A stretch of DNA of 64,000 nucleotides from Myxococcota bacterium. Its GTDB lineage: Bacteria > Myxococcota > UBA4151. The position numbers and the translations under genes were made by a program. Positions within the stretch are counted from its first letter, which is position 1. The number at the start of each line of letters is the position of its first letter. Where the stretch lies: NCBI GenBank assembly GCA_036338695.1, contig JAYZBQ010000076.1, positions 59,625 through 123,624 of the forward strand. The letters are read 5' to 3'. Below, piece after piece: positions 36,500-46,943 of the stretch. Under the pieces are notes generated by a model. It was not told the DNA's origin. It ran no database searches and was given only the letters and a program-made list of their open reading frames with translations.

Positions 36500-37376
36500 G
36501 GGAACCTACACCGCCTTGATCACACCCTTTGGTGCGGACGGGCGACCGGATTTTCAAGCCTTCTCGCTCCATGTTGAGCGGCAAATCGAGGCGGGTATTG
36601 ACGGCTTGGTCCCCTGCGGAACCACCGGCGAAGCGGCGACGATGACGGCCGAGGAGCAAGCGAGCCTCATCGCCGTCTGTGTTGAGGTCGCCGCCGGTCG
36701 GGTGCCGGTGATCGCTGGCGTCGGCTCGATGAGCACGCACGCCAGCGTCGAGCTCACGCAGGCGGCTGCGTCGGCGGGCGCTGATGGTCTCTTGTTGGTG
36801 ACCCCGCCCTACAACAAACCTCCGATCGCTGGCTTGGTGGCGCACTTTCAGGCGGTTGCCGAGGCGTCAGGGGGACGACCGATCGTGGCGTACAACGTCC
36901 CTGGGCGCACCGCCTATGACGCCAGCGTCGAGGACATCCAGGCGATCTGCGACGCGGTCCCCGGCGTGATCGGACTCAAAGAGGCGACCGGCAGCATCGA
37001 GCGGGCGACCCAGCTGGGCGAGCGCTTCGGGGAGCGGCTGTCCCTCCTCAGCGGAGACGACTTTAGCCTGCTTCCGTTCTATTCGGTCGGCGGGCGTGGC
37101 GCCATCTCGGTCGTGAGCAACTTGCTCCCACGTACGACCGGGTCCATCTACCGTCATCTGCGTGCGGGCGAGGTTGTTCAAGCGCAGCGCGCCTTCGCCG
37201 CTATTCGACCGCTCACCAACGCCCTGTTCGAGACAACCAACCCGATCCCGGTGAAGTCCGCAGCGGCGCTGCTTGGGTGGTGTGAGGACCGGTTTCGGCT
37301 GCCGCTCGTCTCGCTGGACGCTGAGGCGACAGAGCGCCTGAGGGCTGCCCTGGATCGCTGCGAGGAGCTCGCGTGA
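36471..37376 (+). CDS. dapA: 4-hydroxy-tetrahydrodipicolinate synthase
   Basis: ALITPF, CGTTGE, PPYNKP, YNVPGRT, GLKEATG, LLSGDD, TNPIPVK. Confidence 0.96.
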   Translation: MSMLTASSLEGTYTALITPFGADGRPDFQAFSLHVERQIEAGIDGLVPCGTTGEAATMTAEEQASLIAVCVEVAAGRVPVIAGVGSMSTHASVELTQAAASAGADGLLLVTPPYNKPPIAGLVAHFQAVAEASGGRPIVAYNVPGRTAYDASVEDIQAICDAVPGVIGLKEATGSIERATQLGERFGERLSLLSGDDFSLLPFYSVGGRGAISVVSNLLPRTTGSIYRHLRAGEVVQAQRAFAAIRPLTNALFETTNPIPVKSAAALLGWCEDRFRLPLVSLDAEATERLRAALDRCEELA

Positions 37377-38092
37377 TCCGCCTGTGCTTGCACGGCGCGT
37401 CCGGGCGCATGGGCGCAGCGATCGAGGGCTTGCTCGACGCACGCTTTGAGGTCAGCGCCCGGCTCGATGCGGACAGCGACCAGGCGGCTTATGACGCGGC
37501 GCTGGCTGCTGCGGACGTGGTCATCGATTTTAGCGTCGCCGCCGCCATGGATCGTTTGGCCACTGCCCTTGAGCGTACCCCGCGCCCGGTGGTGTCCGGC
37601 ACGACTGGGCTAAGTGATCGGCAGATGCGTACGCTGCAAGGCCTCTCGCAGACGATGCCTGTGCTTTGGGCTTCGAACATGAGCCTCGGGGTGGCGGTGC
37701 TCACATCGCTCGTGGCGTCGGCGGCGCGCCAGCTCGCCGATTGGGACCTCGAGTTCGTCGAGACCCATCACCGCCACAAGGTCGACGCCCCGTCCGGGAC
37801 CGCCCTGACCCTGGCTCAGGTCGCCGCTGCCGAGCGCCCGGGGAGCACGATCGTCTGCGGTCGAGCGGGCGAGGGGCGGCGACATCCGGGACAGATCGGT
37901 GTCCAGGCTCTGCGCGGTGGAACGGTCGTGGGTCACCATGAGGCGCATTTTTACGGTCAGGCGGAGCAGATCACGTTGGCGCATCGTGCCGAGAGTCGAG
38001 ATCAGTTTGCGAGCGGCGCGCTGCGCGCCGCGTATTGGATCTCGGGGCGATCTCCTGGCTGGTACAGCCTCGAGGAGGTGCTCGGTCTGTGA
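37373..38092 (+). CDS. dapB: 4-hydroxy-tetrahydrodipicolinate reductase
   Basis: GASGRMG, VIDFS, ETHHRHKVDAPSGTA. Confidence 0.96.
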   Translation: MIRLCLHGASGRMGAAIEGLLDARFEVSARLDADSDQAAYDAALAAADVVIDFSVAAAMDRLATALERTPRPVVSGTTGLSDRQMRTLQGLSQTMPVLWASNMSLGVAVLTSLVASAARQLADWDLEFVETHHRHKVDAPSGTALTLAQVAAAERPGSTIVCGRAGEGRRHPGQIGVQALRGGTVVGHHEAHFYGQAEQITLAHRAESRDQFASGALRAAYWISGRSPGWYSLEEVLGL

Positions 38093-38625
38093 GCGGGATC
38101 TATCTAGGGCTCGGCGGCAATCTCGGGGCGGTGGCGCGCACATTTGGCACGGCGCTCGAGCATTTTGAGCGCTCCGAGTGGTTGCGGGTGGTGAGCAGCA
38201 GCCGCCTGTGGCGATCCCCTGCGTGGGGGTTTGAAGGTCCCGATTTTCTCAACGCAGTGGTTGAGATTCAGACCGACCGCTCGCCGCAGCGCCTGTTGGA
38301 CGACCTGCTCGCCTATGAGGTGCAGTGCGGTCGCGTGCGCGCAGGCGGGATGGGCAGCCGCCCCATTGACCTCGACCTGCTGGCGTGGGCCGGCGTGGTC
38401 GCTGATGAGCCCGGCCTATGCCTACCGCATCCGGGGACGCCGAGCCGGCGCTTTGTGCTCGAGCCCTTGCACGACATTGCGCCTCAACTGTGCTTGGCGG
38501 CGGGCCAGTCGGTCCACCAACTGGTCGAGCAGGCTCGGCGCGACGACGCCCGGGTGTCGGTCGTGCCAAGGAGCGGGGACTGGCGAGCTTGGTCGACCTG
38601 GAGCGCCGAGCTCAGGGCATCCTAG
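38089..38625 (+). CDS. folK: 2-amino-4-hydroxy-6-hydroxymethyldihydropteridine diphosphokinase
   Basis: YLGLGGNLG, FLNAV, RPIDLDLL, LPHP...RRFVLEPL; GTG overlaps the dapB stop. Confidence 0.92.
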   Translation: MSGIYLGLGGNLGAVARTFGTALEHFERSEWLRVVSSSRLWRSPAWGFEGPDFLNAVVEIQTDRSPQRLLDDLLAYEVQCGRVRAGGMGSRPIDLDLLAWAGVVADEPGLCLPHPGTPSRRFVLEPLHDIAPQLCLAAGQSVHQLVEQARRDDARVSVVPRSGDWRAWSTWSAELRAS

Positions 38626-39698
38626 TCGCAACCTCGCCATGAAGGCTCTGCTGCCCCTGCGCCTTCTTGAGCGCAGGTTTCGCTGTCCTCATCGCAGTTT
38701 CCGCTCTGGCACTGGTTATCACCGCTGCAGCTTTCGCCGTCTGCCTTTTTGGCGACGCATTGAGAGGTCTCGAAGTCGCAAAATGCGCTGGTGACGCAGG
38801 CTGTGACGGTGATGGTCGTCCCTTCGCGCAGGACGCAGGCTTCACCGACGACCTTGGGTTGCGTACATTGTGACGTGGCGCCGGAGGTCGTGATCGGGCA
38901 CACAACGTCCCCCTCACACAGGACGCCGTTTGCCCCGCACTCGGCGCCTTCGGTGCTGCTGAACTGAGCCTCGGTGCAGGTGCCGTCGACGCAGAGCATG
39001 TTCGAGTACATATCACAGCCCCCGATCAGGTCACCTCCGCCACCCTCACATGCCGAGCCCGCGCCCCCCGAATTGCGCTCTTCAACGCAGATGTTTTCCT
39101 CATCGCACTCGAGCCCGTCGGCGCAGCTGAGTTCCTCGCATGAGGCGCCAAGCTCGGCCTCTGGTTCGATCGGGAGCACCTCACAGACACCGCATTGGTC
39201 GTCGCTCGCCGTGCAGGAGCCTTCGCCGTCTCCGGCGGCACACTCTTCGTCGATAAAGCAGCCGCCGCCCGCCTCGACGGTGCCCTCAAAAAGGGTGTCA
39301 CACGCTGAGAGCGATTCGTTGCAGGTCGCCGACGCGATCGCCTGCTCGCAGCGCTCAAAGCGCTCTTGGTCAAAGACGACCCGTTCGGCCTCGAGCGCAT
39401 CTTTGATGCGGTCGATGTCCCCGCCAGCCGCCAGCGCAGTATCACGGCAGTTGCCGAGGTCCATGGCGTCCATGCTGTTCATCCGGGCGTACGCCTGCAA
39501 GAGCCGCGATGAGAAGCACCGTTCGGCGTAGGCGCAGTAAGCGTCCGCCATCGCCGAGGCGATCTGCGTCGGGGTGTTGAGCGCGCTGCCGCCGCCGCCA
39601 CCGCCACCGCCGCCGCCACGACCACCACCACCGGCGGTGGGCGGTCCGCAAGCGATTGCGGTGAGACAGAGGAGAGACACAGTAAGCACTCGAGCCAT
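38622..39698 (-). CDS. Cys-rich lipoprotein with a poly-Gly linker (myxobacterial type)
   Basis: AGGAGG RBS, lipobox AIAC, Gly run, many G..C....C Cys repeats. Confidence 0.8.
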   Translation of the reverse strand: MARVLTVSLLCLTAIACGPPTAGGGGRGGGGGGGGGGSALNTPTQIASAMADAYCAYAERCFSSRLLQAYARMNSMDAMDLGNCRDTALAAGGDIDRIKDALEAERVVFDQERFERCEQAIASATCNESLSACDTLFEGTVEAGGGCFIDEECAAGDGEGSCTASDDQCGVCEVLPIEPEAELGASCEELSCADGLECDEENICVEERNSGGAGSACEGGGGDLIGGCDMYSNMLCVDGTCTEAQFSSTEGAECGANGVLCEGDVVCPITTSGATSQCTQPKVVGEACVLREGTTITVTACVTSAFCDFETSQCVAKKADGESCSGDNQCQSGNCDEDSETCAQEGAGAAEPSWRGCD

Positions 39699-39770
39699 GA
39701 TCAGCCTCCTTAGCTGGTAGCTGAGTCTAGACCGAGAAGGTGGCCTCGCCAAGTTGTTGCGATCGCCCGT

Positions 39771-41378
39771 TTAGCGCAGCGTTCCGTATTTGGCTCGGAA
39801 CGACTCGTAGTCACCGGGGTAGTCGATGAGCCCCTTGGACGTCAGCGCCCAAATTCGGGTCGCAAAGGCGCTGATCAGGTCTTGGTTGTGCGTCGCGACC
39901 AGACAGGTCCCCTTAAAAGCCGCCAAGCCCTCGCCGAGCGCGCTGATGCTCTCGAGGTCGAGGTGGTTCGTCGGCTCGTCGAGGAACAGGAGGTTGTGCT
40001 GCAGCAGCATGAGCTCAGAGAACAGCAGCCGGGCGCGCTCGCCACCGCTGAGGTGGTCGGTCTTCTTAAAACACTCTTCACGCCCAAAGAGCATCTGCCC
40101 GAGGTACCCACGCACCACCTCTTGGCTCTCCGCCGGGCGCTTATTGTGCAGCCACTCAAGCAGGCTTGAGCCCGGCTCGATGGCGCCGAAATTGTCCTGC
40201 GCATAGAAGCCCGAGGCGACGTTGTGACCGTGGGTGACGGTGCCCTGATCCGGCGCTAGCCGGCCCGCTACGAGGTTCAGGAGCGCGGTCTTACCGCTGC
40301 CGGATGGCCCGACCACGGCGATGCGCTCGTCGCGCCCGATGTGCAGGCTCGCTTGCTTGAGCACGGTGACCGCGGGTTCATGCGGCCCACGCTCGGGAAA
40401 GGCGAGGCTGGCTTCTTCGATGCGCACCACGTCCTTGCCGGGCTGCTGCTCAACCTTAAAGCGGATGAAGGGTTTCTGAATATTTGATTTTTTGAGCTCG
40501 GTCGGCGTGAGCTTCGAGACCTGACGCTCACGGCTCTTAACCTGGCTTGCGCGCGAGCCGGCGCGGAAGCGCTGAATGAAGTCGTTGAGCTGGCTGATCT
40601 TCTCGAGGCGCTGCTCGTGGTCTGCCTCGACGCGCCCACGCACCGCCATCTTGGCCTCGACCATGTCGTCGTAGTTGCCGGGGTAGGGGATGATCGTCTC
40701 GTAGTCGATGTCGGCGATGTGGGTGCAGACCTCGTTGAGGAAGTGACGGTCGTGGCTGATCACGATGAGGCTTCCTTGATAACGGCACAGGAAACGCTTG
40801 AGCCAGTCGATGCAGTCGAGATCGAGGTGGTTGGTCGGTTCATCGAGGAGCAGCACCTGAGGGTCGCCAAAAAGTGCCTGCGCCAGCAGCGCCCGGACCT
40901 TCATCGAGGCGGGCAGATCCGACATCATCGAGTAGTGGAGTTGGTCGCCCATGCCCAGCCCTGCGAGCAGCTCGCCGGCGTGCACCTCGGCCATGTAACC
41001 GTCCTCTTCAGCGACCACCATCTCGAGCTCGGCGAGGCGCTCGCCGTCGGCCTCGGTGAGCGCTTCACCCTTGGCGTAGAGCACCTCTTTTTCTTGGTTG
41101 ACCGCCCAGAGCCGAGCGTTGCCTTGGATCACCGTGTCCATGACGGTGAATGCGTCAAAGGCGTGCTGGTCCTGGCGCAGGATCCCGACCTTATCAGGGA
41201 GACCGATGCGCCCGGAGTCTGCTAACTCTTCACCCGTTAGGATGCGCATAAAGGTCGACTTGCCGGCCCCGTTTGGCCCGGTCAGTCCGTAGCGCCTACC
41301 TGGGGAGAAGGTCATGTTGACCTTCTCGAAAAGCGTGGTGGCGCCAAAGCCTTTGCTCACGTCCGTCAGGTTGATCAT
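39771..41378 (-). CDS. ABC-F family ATPase (YbiT-like)
   Basis: Two ABC cassettes (GPNGAGKST / GPSGSGKT, LDEPTNHLD twice), no TM segment; AGGAGG RBS before MINLTDVSK. Confidence 0.93.
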   Translation of the reverse strand: MINLTDVSKGFGATTLFEKVNMTFSPGRRYGLTGPNGAGKSTFMRILTGEELADSGRIGLPDKVGILRQDQHAFDAFTVMDTVIQGNARLWAVNQEKEVLYAKGEALTEADGERLAELEMVVAEEDGYMAEVHAGELLAGLGMGDQLHYSMMSDLPASMKVRALLAQALFGDPQVLLLDEPTNHLDLDCIDWLKRFLCRYQGSLIVISHDRHFLNEVCTHIADIDYETIIPYPGNYDDMVEAKMAVRGRVEADHEQRLEKISQLNDFIQRFRAGSRASQVKSRERQVSKLTPTELKKSNIQKPFIRFKVEQQPGKDVVRIEEASLAFPERGPHEPAVTVLKQASLHIGRDERIAVVGPSGSGKTALLNLVAGRLAPDQGTVTHGHNVASGFYAQDNFGAIEPGSSLLEWLHNKRPAESQEVVRGYLGQMLFGREECFKKTDHLSGGERARLLFSELMLLQHNLLFLDEPTNHLDLESISALGEGLAAFKGTCLVATHNQDLISAFATRIWALTSKGLIDYPGDYESFRAKYGTLR

Positions 41379-41530
41379 GGTGCGCCTCCTTTGAGCCTCT
41401 GCGGGGGCGCCTAGCAAACCCTTGCTCGGCTTTCCACGAACAATTCTGCAGGCGACGCGGCTCAATGTTTTCAGTTGAGCCCAAACGGCGTTACAGTGAG
41501 CGCCGAGCCGAGGTGGCTCGTGGAGGCTGT

Positions 41531-42577
41531 ATGCTGCGCGCCGTATGGATTCTGAGTCTTTGTGCTTGCGCAACTCCACAGGTGCAGCAGGCGCTCCCCG
41601 GTCGCTCGAGCCGCACCTTGCTGATCAACGGGATGCCGTTGTCGGTCACCCTCAACGAACCCACGCTCAGTCAAGCTGCCGTCGATAAGCTCTTTATGAC
41701 CCTACAGAAAGAGGCGACCCGCATTGACAACACCTTCTTTGCGACTGGCTCGCTCGAGCTGATCAACAACCAGCTCGCCAAGGGGAAGGGGCCGGTTCGG
41801 ATCGCCCCCGCGACCGGGCGCATGATCGCTGACGCCATGCGCGGCTATGAGATCACGGGCGGCGTGTTCGACCCGACGGTCGGGCCGATCGTTCAGGCTT
41901 GGATTGAGATGCGCGGCGAGCAGCCTGCCCCAAGCGCAATTCGAGAGGCCCTGACCAAGGTCGGCTCAGAGAAGCTGATCCTCAGCGCGGACTACAAGTC
42001 GCTGAGGACCCAAGTCGCCGGGATGCGGCTCGAGCCAGGCGGGCTACGCGATGGCTGGGTCGTCAAGCATATCGCTGGCGTATTGGCATCGCGAAGACTG
42101 GTGAACTACCTGATCAATTTCCGCGGCGCGTGCTGGTACGGTTCGGGTGTTGGGCCGAAGGAGCAGCCGTGGCGTGTGCTCGTGAACGACCACAAGACGC
42201 AACGCGCCGGTTTCGTCTCCTTGTCCAACCAGAGCCTATCGGTCTCGGTGAGTCTCGTGCCGCGCCCCGATGGGCGCCCGGGGCGTAAAGGGCACATCGT
42301 AGACCCTCGCAATGGCTTCTTGGTTAGCGAGAGCCGGAGCGTGGCAGCGATCGCGCCGAGCCCGCTCGACGCCGAGATCTTGTCCACAGCGACCGTCGTG
42401 CTGGGGTCGCAGGCGGAGTACGCCGTGAGCCGGATCGACGGTGGCAGCGTGCTCGTCTTTTACGGTGAGAGCCGTAAGCCGTTGATCATGGGGGTGTCGC
42501 CGAGCTTCACGCAGGTCCAGAGCCTCGATGAGGGGACCTACTTTAAGGCGGAGCGGGCGGCGTACAAGCGTCCGTGA
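41531..42577 (+). CDS. ApbE-like FAD:protein FMN transferase lipoprotein (divergent)
   Basis: Lipoprotein-like signal LCAC, TGGVFDPTVGP, GHIVDPRNG, AEILST. Confidence 0.75.
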   Translation: MLRAVWILSLCACATPQVQQALPGRSSRTLLINGMPLSVTLNEPTLSQAAVDKLFMTLQKEATRIDNTFFATGSLELINNQLAKGKGPVRIAPATGRMIADAMRGYEITGGVFDPTVGPIVQAWIEMRGEQPAPSAIREALTKVGSEKLILSADYKSLRTQVAGMRLEPGGLRDGWVVKHIAGVLASRRLVNYLINFRGACWYGSGVGPKEQPWRVLVNDHKTQRAGFVSLSNQSLSVSVSLVPRPDGRPGRKGHIVDPRNGFLVSESRSVAAIAPSPLDAEILSTATVVLGSQAEYAVSRIDGGSVLVFYGESRKPLIMGVSPSFTQVQSLDEGTYFKAERAAYKRP

Positions 42578-42626
42578 TCCGGCTGCCCCCTTGCGCTCCG
42601 GTCGCCGAGTTGCGAAGGGGCTGAGC

Positions 42627-43991
42627 ATGCGAGCGGCCATCATTCTAGCAGCCGGCCAAGGGACGCGCATGAAGAGCGCCGTCCCGAAGGTCCTTCATCC
42701 CATCCTCAACCGCCCGATGGTCCAGTGGGTCGTCGACGCTGCGCGCCAGACCGGCGCCGAGGCGATCGTTCTGGTCGTCGGTCATGGCGCCGACGCGGTG
42801 CGCGCTCAGTTTGCAGGGCAGCCTGATGTCGCCTTCGCCGTGCAGGCGCAACAACTCGGGACCGGTGATGCGGTTCGAGCCGGGCTTGAGGCGCTCGGCG
42901 ATGACGTCGAGTCGGTGTGGGTCCTGTGCGGCGATGTGCCGCTGATCCCCGTCGAAGAGCTTCAGACGCTCGCAGAGCTTCAATCGGGTTGTGCGCTGTC
43001 GGTCCTGACCTTTCGGGCGCCGCCGCCGCATGGCTATGGGCGGATGCTGCGTCGGGGTGATGAGCTGGTGGGGATCGTCGAAGCGAAAGACGCCACCGCT
43101 GCGCAGCTTGAGATCGACGAATGCAACTCGGGAACGTACTGCTTTGACGCTTCATTTTTGCGCCGTCACATCAGCAGCCTGACGACCGACAACGCCCAGG
43201 GCGAGCTCTACCTGACCGACCTCGTCGCAGCGGCTCAAGGTGCCGCCCGGGGGCTGGTCGCAGCCGACTCGGCTCGGCTCGCCGGCGCCAACGACCGAGT
43301 GGATCTCGCGGCGCTTACTAAGCGGGCGCAGCGGCTCGTCAATGAGGCGCTCATGCGTGAGGGGGTCACCTTCGAGGACCCAGACAACACCTGGGTCGAC
43401 GCCGGGGTCTCGATCGGGCGCGACACGGTGCTTGAGACCGGGGTTCGGCTCGCCGGCGCTACACGCGTCGGCGCGGGCTGCCGGCTCGCCCAAGGGGTGG
43501 TCGTCACCGACTCGGTGATCGATGACGATGCGCAGATCCACGCCTACTCGGTGCTCGAATCCGCCCGCGTCTCGGGTGGGTGTTCGGTTGGCCCCTTTGC
43601 CCGTCTGCGCCCTGGGGCAGCGCTCGGCGAGGGTGCCCGTGTGGGCAACTACGTTGAGATCAAGAATGCGAGCCTCGGCGCAGGCGCCAAGGCGAACCAT
43701 CTCGCTTACATCGGAGACGCTGAGGTGGGCTCGGGCGCCAACATCGGCGCCGGGACGATCACCTGCAATTACGACGGCGCCAACAAGCACCGGACGCACA
43801 TCGGCCAGAACAGTTTTGTGGGTTCGAACTCCACTTTGGTGGCGCCGATCACCGTCGAGGACAACGCCTATGTTGGCGCTGGCTCGGTCGTGACCCGCCC
43901 GGTACCAGAAGGGGCGCTCGGTGTAGGCCGGGCAAAGCAACGCAACATCGAAGGGTGGGTTGCGCGCGCGGCGCCAAAGAAGGATCGCTAG
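42627..43991 (+). CDS. glmU: Bifunctional UDP-GlcNAc pyrophosphorylase / glucosamine-1-phosphate acetyltransferase
   Basis: ILAAGQGTRMKS..PKVLH, QLGTG, hexapeptide repeats, NIGAGTITCNYDG. Confidence 0.97.
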   Translation: MRAAIILAAGQGTRMKSAVPKVLHPILNRPMVQWVVDAARQTGAEAIVLVVGHGADAVRAQFAGQPDVAFAVQAQQLGTGDAVRAGLEALGDDVESVWVLCGDVPLIPVEELQTLAELQSGCALSVLTFRAPPPHGYGRMLRRGDELVGIVEAKDATAAQLEIDECNSGTYCFDASFLRRHISSLTTDNAQGELYLTDLVAAAQGAARGLVAADSARLAGANDRVDLAALTKRAQRLVNEALMREGVTFEDPDNTWVDAGVSIGRDTVLETGVRLAGATRVGAGCRLAQGVVVTDSVIDDDAQIHAYSVLESARVSGGCSVGPFARLRPGAALGEGARVGNYVEIKNASLGAGAKANHLAYIGDAEVGSGANIGAGTITCNYDGANKHRTHIGQNSFVGSNSTLVAPITVEDNAYVGAGSVVTRPVPEGALGVGRAKQRNIEGWVARAAPKKDR

Positions 43992-43994
43992 AGT

Positions 43995-45821
43995 ATGTGT
44001 GGAATCGTAGGTTATATCGGCGCCGAAGTCGCCGCAGACGTTTTGGTCGAGGGGCTCAAAACCCTTGAATATCGTGGCTATGACTCAGCCGGCGTGGCGG
44101 TGATCGGCGCGGAGGGGCTGGACCGACGTCGCGCCGAAGGAAAGCTCAAGAACTTGAGCAAGCGGCTGCGCGAGGCGCCGCTCGCTGGCTCACTTGGGAT
44201 CGGACACACGCGCTGGGCGACGCACGGTCGACCCAACGAGACGAACGCTCACCCGCATCGCGCCGGCACGGTCGCCGTGGTGCACAATGGCATCATCGAG
44301 AACTACGCCGAGCTGCGCAGCGAGCTTCAAGCGCAAGGCGCTGTATTCCACTCCGAGACCGACACCGAGGTGGTCGCCCACCTCGTCGCCTCGCTGCGAG
44401 CCCAAGGGATGGACCTCCGAGCGGCTGTCGAGTCGGCGATCCAGCGGCTCGAGGGCGCCTACGCCATCGCCGTGGTCGATGAAGAGTATCCCGATGAATT
44501 CGTCGCTGCGCGGCTGGCGAGCCCGCTCGTTCTGGCGCTCGGTGACGGCGAGAACTTGGTCGCGAGCGATCTGCCGGCGGTGCTCCCCTACACGCGCGAT
44601 GTGGTCTTCTTAGAAGAGGGCGACCTGGCGCATCTGCGCCGAGATGGTGTGACGATCTACAACCAGGGCGCCCCCGTCGAGCGCGCCAGTCAGCGCATCA
44701 ACTGGTCCCCGGCGGCGGCGCAAAAGGGTGGCTACAAACACTTCATGCTCAAAGAGATCTTCGAGCAGCCGCGCGCCATCAGCGATACCTTGAGCGGTCG
44801 CCTTGGGCAAAACGGTGAGGTGCGCCTCGAGCATTTTGATCTGGCGCGGGTCGAGGGGGTTGAGCATATCTCTTTGGTCGCCTGCGGGACCTCCTGGCAC
44901 GCCGCCTTGGTCGGGCGCGACCTGATCGAGAACATCGCCGGCATCCCGGTCAGCGTCGAGTACGCGCATGAGTACCGTTATCGCCGGCACCTGATGGGCG
45001 CAGGTGACCTGGTGATCGGCATCTCGCAAAGCGGAGAAACAGCGGACACGCTCGCTGCTTTGAGCGAGGTGAAGATGCAGGGCGTGCGCGTCGGTTGCAT
45101 CACGAACGTGCTCGAGTCGGCGGTGGCGCGTCTCTGCGCCGACAGCCTCGGCGTGATCTACACGCATGCAGGCCCTGAGATCGGGGTCGCCTCGACCAAA
45201 GCCTTCACCACGCAGATGGTGAGCCTGCACCTGCTGGCGCTGGGGTTGGGGCGTCAGCTAGGGCGCATCAGCGCCGAGCAAGCCAAAGCCGAGATCGACG
45301 ACTTGCGCCACCTGCCGCACTGGATGGAGAAGACGCTCGAGTCGGCAAAGAACATCGCTGAGCTCGCGCCCTTTGCGAGCGAGTTTGATAACTACCTCTT
45401 CTTGGGGCGCGGGACCCTCTTTCCGGTGGCGCTGGAGGGGGCGCTCAAGCTCAAAGAGATCAGCTACCTGCATGCCGAGGGCTACGCGTCCGGCGAGATG
45501 AAGCACGGACCGATCGCCTTGATTACCGAGCAGTTTCCGACGGTGGCGCTGGTCGGTGATGACATGCTCAAGGCGAAGGCGGTGAGCAACATCGAGGAGA
45601 TCAAGGCGCGCGGCGGCCCCGTGATTTTGGTCGCGAGCGAAGGCAGCGAAGAGCTTGCGCGGGTGGCGGATCAGGTGGTGCTGGTCCCCAAAGTCCCCGA
45701 GCGTTTGCAGCCCGTGATCTACAGCCTGCCCATGCAGCTGCTCGCTTATCATGTGGCGGATCATTTGGGCACCGACGTGGACCAGCCAAGGAACTTAGCC
45801 AAGTCCGTCACGGTGGAGTGA
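43995..45821 (+). CDS. glmS: Glutamine--fructose-6-phosphate transaminase
   Basis: MCGIVG, GHTRWATHG, SQSGETADT, DQPRNLAKSVTVE. Confidence 0.98.
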   Translation: MCGIVGYIGAEVAADVLVEGLKTLEYRGYDSAGVAVIGAEGLDRRRAEGKLKNLSKRLREAPLAGSLGIGHTRWATHGRPNETNAHPHRAGTVAVVHNGIIENYAELRSELQAQGAVFHSETDTEVVAHLVASLRAQGMDLRAAVESAIQRLEGAYAIAVVDEEYPDEFVAARLASPLVLALGDGENLVASDLPAVLPYTRDVVFLEEGDLAHLRRDGVTIYNQGAPVERASQRINWSPAAAQKGGYKHFMLKEIFEQPRAISDTLSGRLGQNGEVRLEHFDLARVEGVEHISLVACGTSWHAALVGRDLIENIAGIPVSVEYAHEYRYRRHLMGAGDLVIGISQSGETADTLAALSEVKMQGVRVGCITNVLESAVARLCADSLGVIYTHAGPEIGVASTKAFTTQMVSLHLLALGLGRQLGRISAEQAKAEIDDLRHLPHWMEKTLESAKNIAELAPFASEFDNYLFLGRGTLFPVALEGALKLKEISYLHAEGYASGEMKHGPIALITEQFPTVALVGDDMLKAKAVSNIEEIKARGGPVILVASEGSEELARVADQVVLVPKVPERLQPVIYSLPMQLLAYHVADHLGTDVDQPRNLAKSVTVE

Positions 45822-45902
45822 CTGCGTTAGGGTGCGAGGTTCCAACAGCCATCAGGTAGGCGTTGTAGCGAGTTGGGTTGGCTTCATGGTAGCCAGAGCA
45901 CC

Positions 45903-46925
45903 CTAAAGGCAGGGAACCTCATATCCCGATGCGTCCCAGCAGGTCCGTGCACCAACTCGACGACCATCGTGCCACATTTCGACAAGTTCTTGGCCATTCG
46001 GGAGTCGAGTGATTTGTCGCCCATGTTGTTTCCCGTTTTTGTAATAATATTCCACTCGGTCTACCAACCGCCTGCGCAGTTTTCCTCTTTTGTAGTCCTC
46101 TTCGATGCCTAATGTGACAAACGTCCCGTTTTTTTCGCCGTGGGCATATTCGCCCTCTAGTTCGATGACTCCGCTTTCGTACCAGCTGAAGTACTTTCCG
46201 TGTAGCTTTCCATCCTTGTATTCGGCGTGTTCACGAGGTTGTCCGTTCGAGTGCCAACGGGCGTACTGTCCGTGTCGTGTACCGTCCTTTCTCTGGCAAA
46301 ACTTTCGGTAGGCTTTGGGGGGCGCGCCACCGAATACCATCGTACCCGGTGGACACGTGATCTCTCCGATGGAGGGCATTTGACTTACGGCCTTTCTTGG
46401 CTCGGTACTCCACACGCAACGGTTGTCCGCACAAATGATCCATTTTTCCCCGGTGGCTATCCGAATTGCTCGATTCAGACAGTTCTTGCGGGGCCATGCC
46501 ACCCGAGAAGCGCATGAGCCGATGATGTAGTCCGATTTCAACCTAATGATTTCATCTTTGAGTTGCTCCGAAACGGGTCCGATATAAGTTTGGCAACTAT
46601 TCGGAGCGGTCCATTCACGACAGTCAAGATCTTGGCGACAGGCTCCGCCTCCACTCACGGGTGGACCGGATTTTTTCGGCGCCACTGCTTTCGACTGCGC
46701 ATTCAGTTGGCGGATATGGTTTTCGAGTTCGGACTGAATCCGCCGACATTCTGCTTTATCTATCCTTGGGGGTAGCGGCGAGGATGGAGCCTCTGTGGAG
46801 TCCTTCGTTGCGACGTTCACGTGTTGTGTTTGGAGCTCGTCGTTTGCACACGCAGTGAGCGAGTGCGTTGAAAGCCAGGCAATTCCTAGTGTTAGCGCTC
46901 CATGCGCAGAGTTGAAGTGGTTCAA
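45903..46925 (-). CDS. Probable lipoprotein with a Cys-rich domain and MORN-variant (YwqK-like) repeats; lower GC than flanks
   Basis: LTAC lipobox-like; CPPGT...PP motif; HGQYARWHSNGQ, YKDGKLHGKYFSWYESG repeats; start codon uncertain. Confidence 0.75.
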   Translation of the reverse strand: MNHFNSAHGALTLGIAWLSTHSLTACANDELQTQHVNVATKDSTEAPSSPLPPRIDKAECRRIQSELENHIRQLNAQSKAVAPKKSGPPVSGGGACRQDLDCREWTAPNSCQTYIGPVSEQLKDEIIRLKSDYIIGSCASRVAWPRKNCLNRAIRIATGEKWIICADNRCVWSTEPRKAVSQMPSIGEITCPPGTMVFGGAPPKAYRKFCQRKDGTRHGQYARWHSNGQPREHAEYKDGKLHGKYFSWYESGVIELEGEYAHGEKNGTFVTLGIEEDYKRGKLRRRLVDRVEYYYKNGKQHGRQITRLPNGQELVEMWHDGRRVGARTCWDASGYEVPCL

Positions 46926-46943
46926 GTGACCGTTCCGACAGGC

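Noticed and set aside
45780..45900. Tn7 element at the glmS attachment site
   Set aside because: No recognisable Tn7 end, repeated TnsB sites, target duplication or tns genes visible downstream
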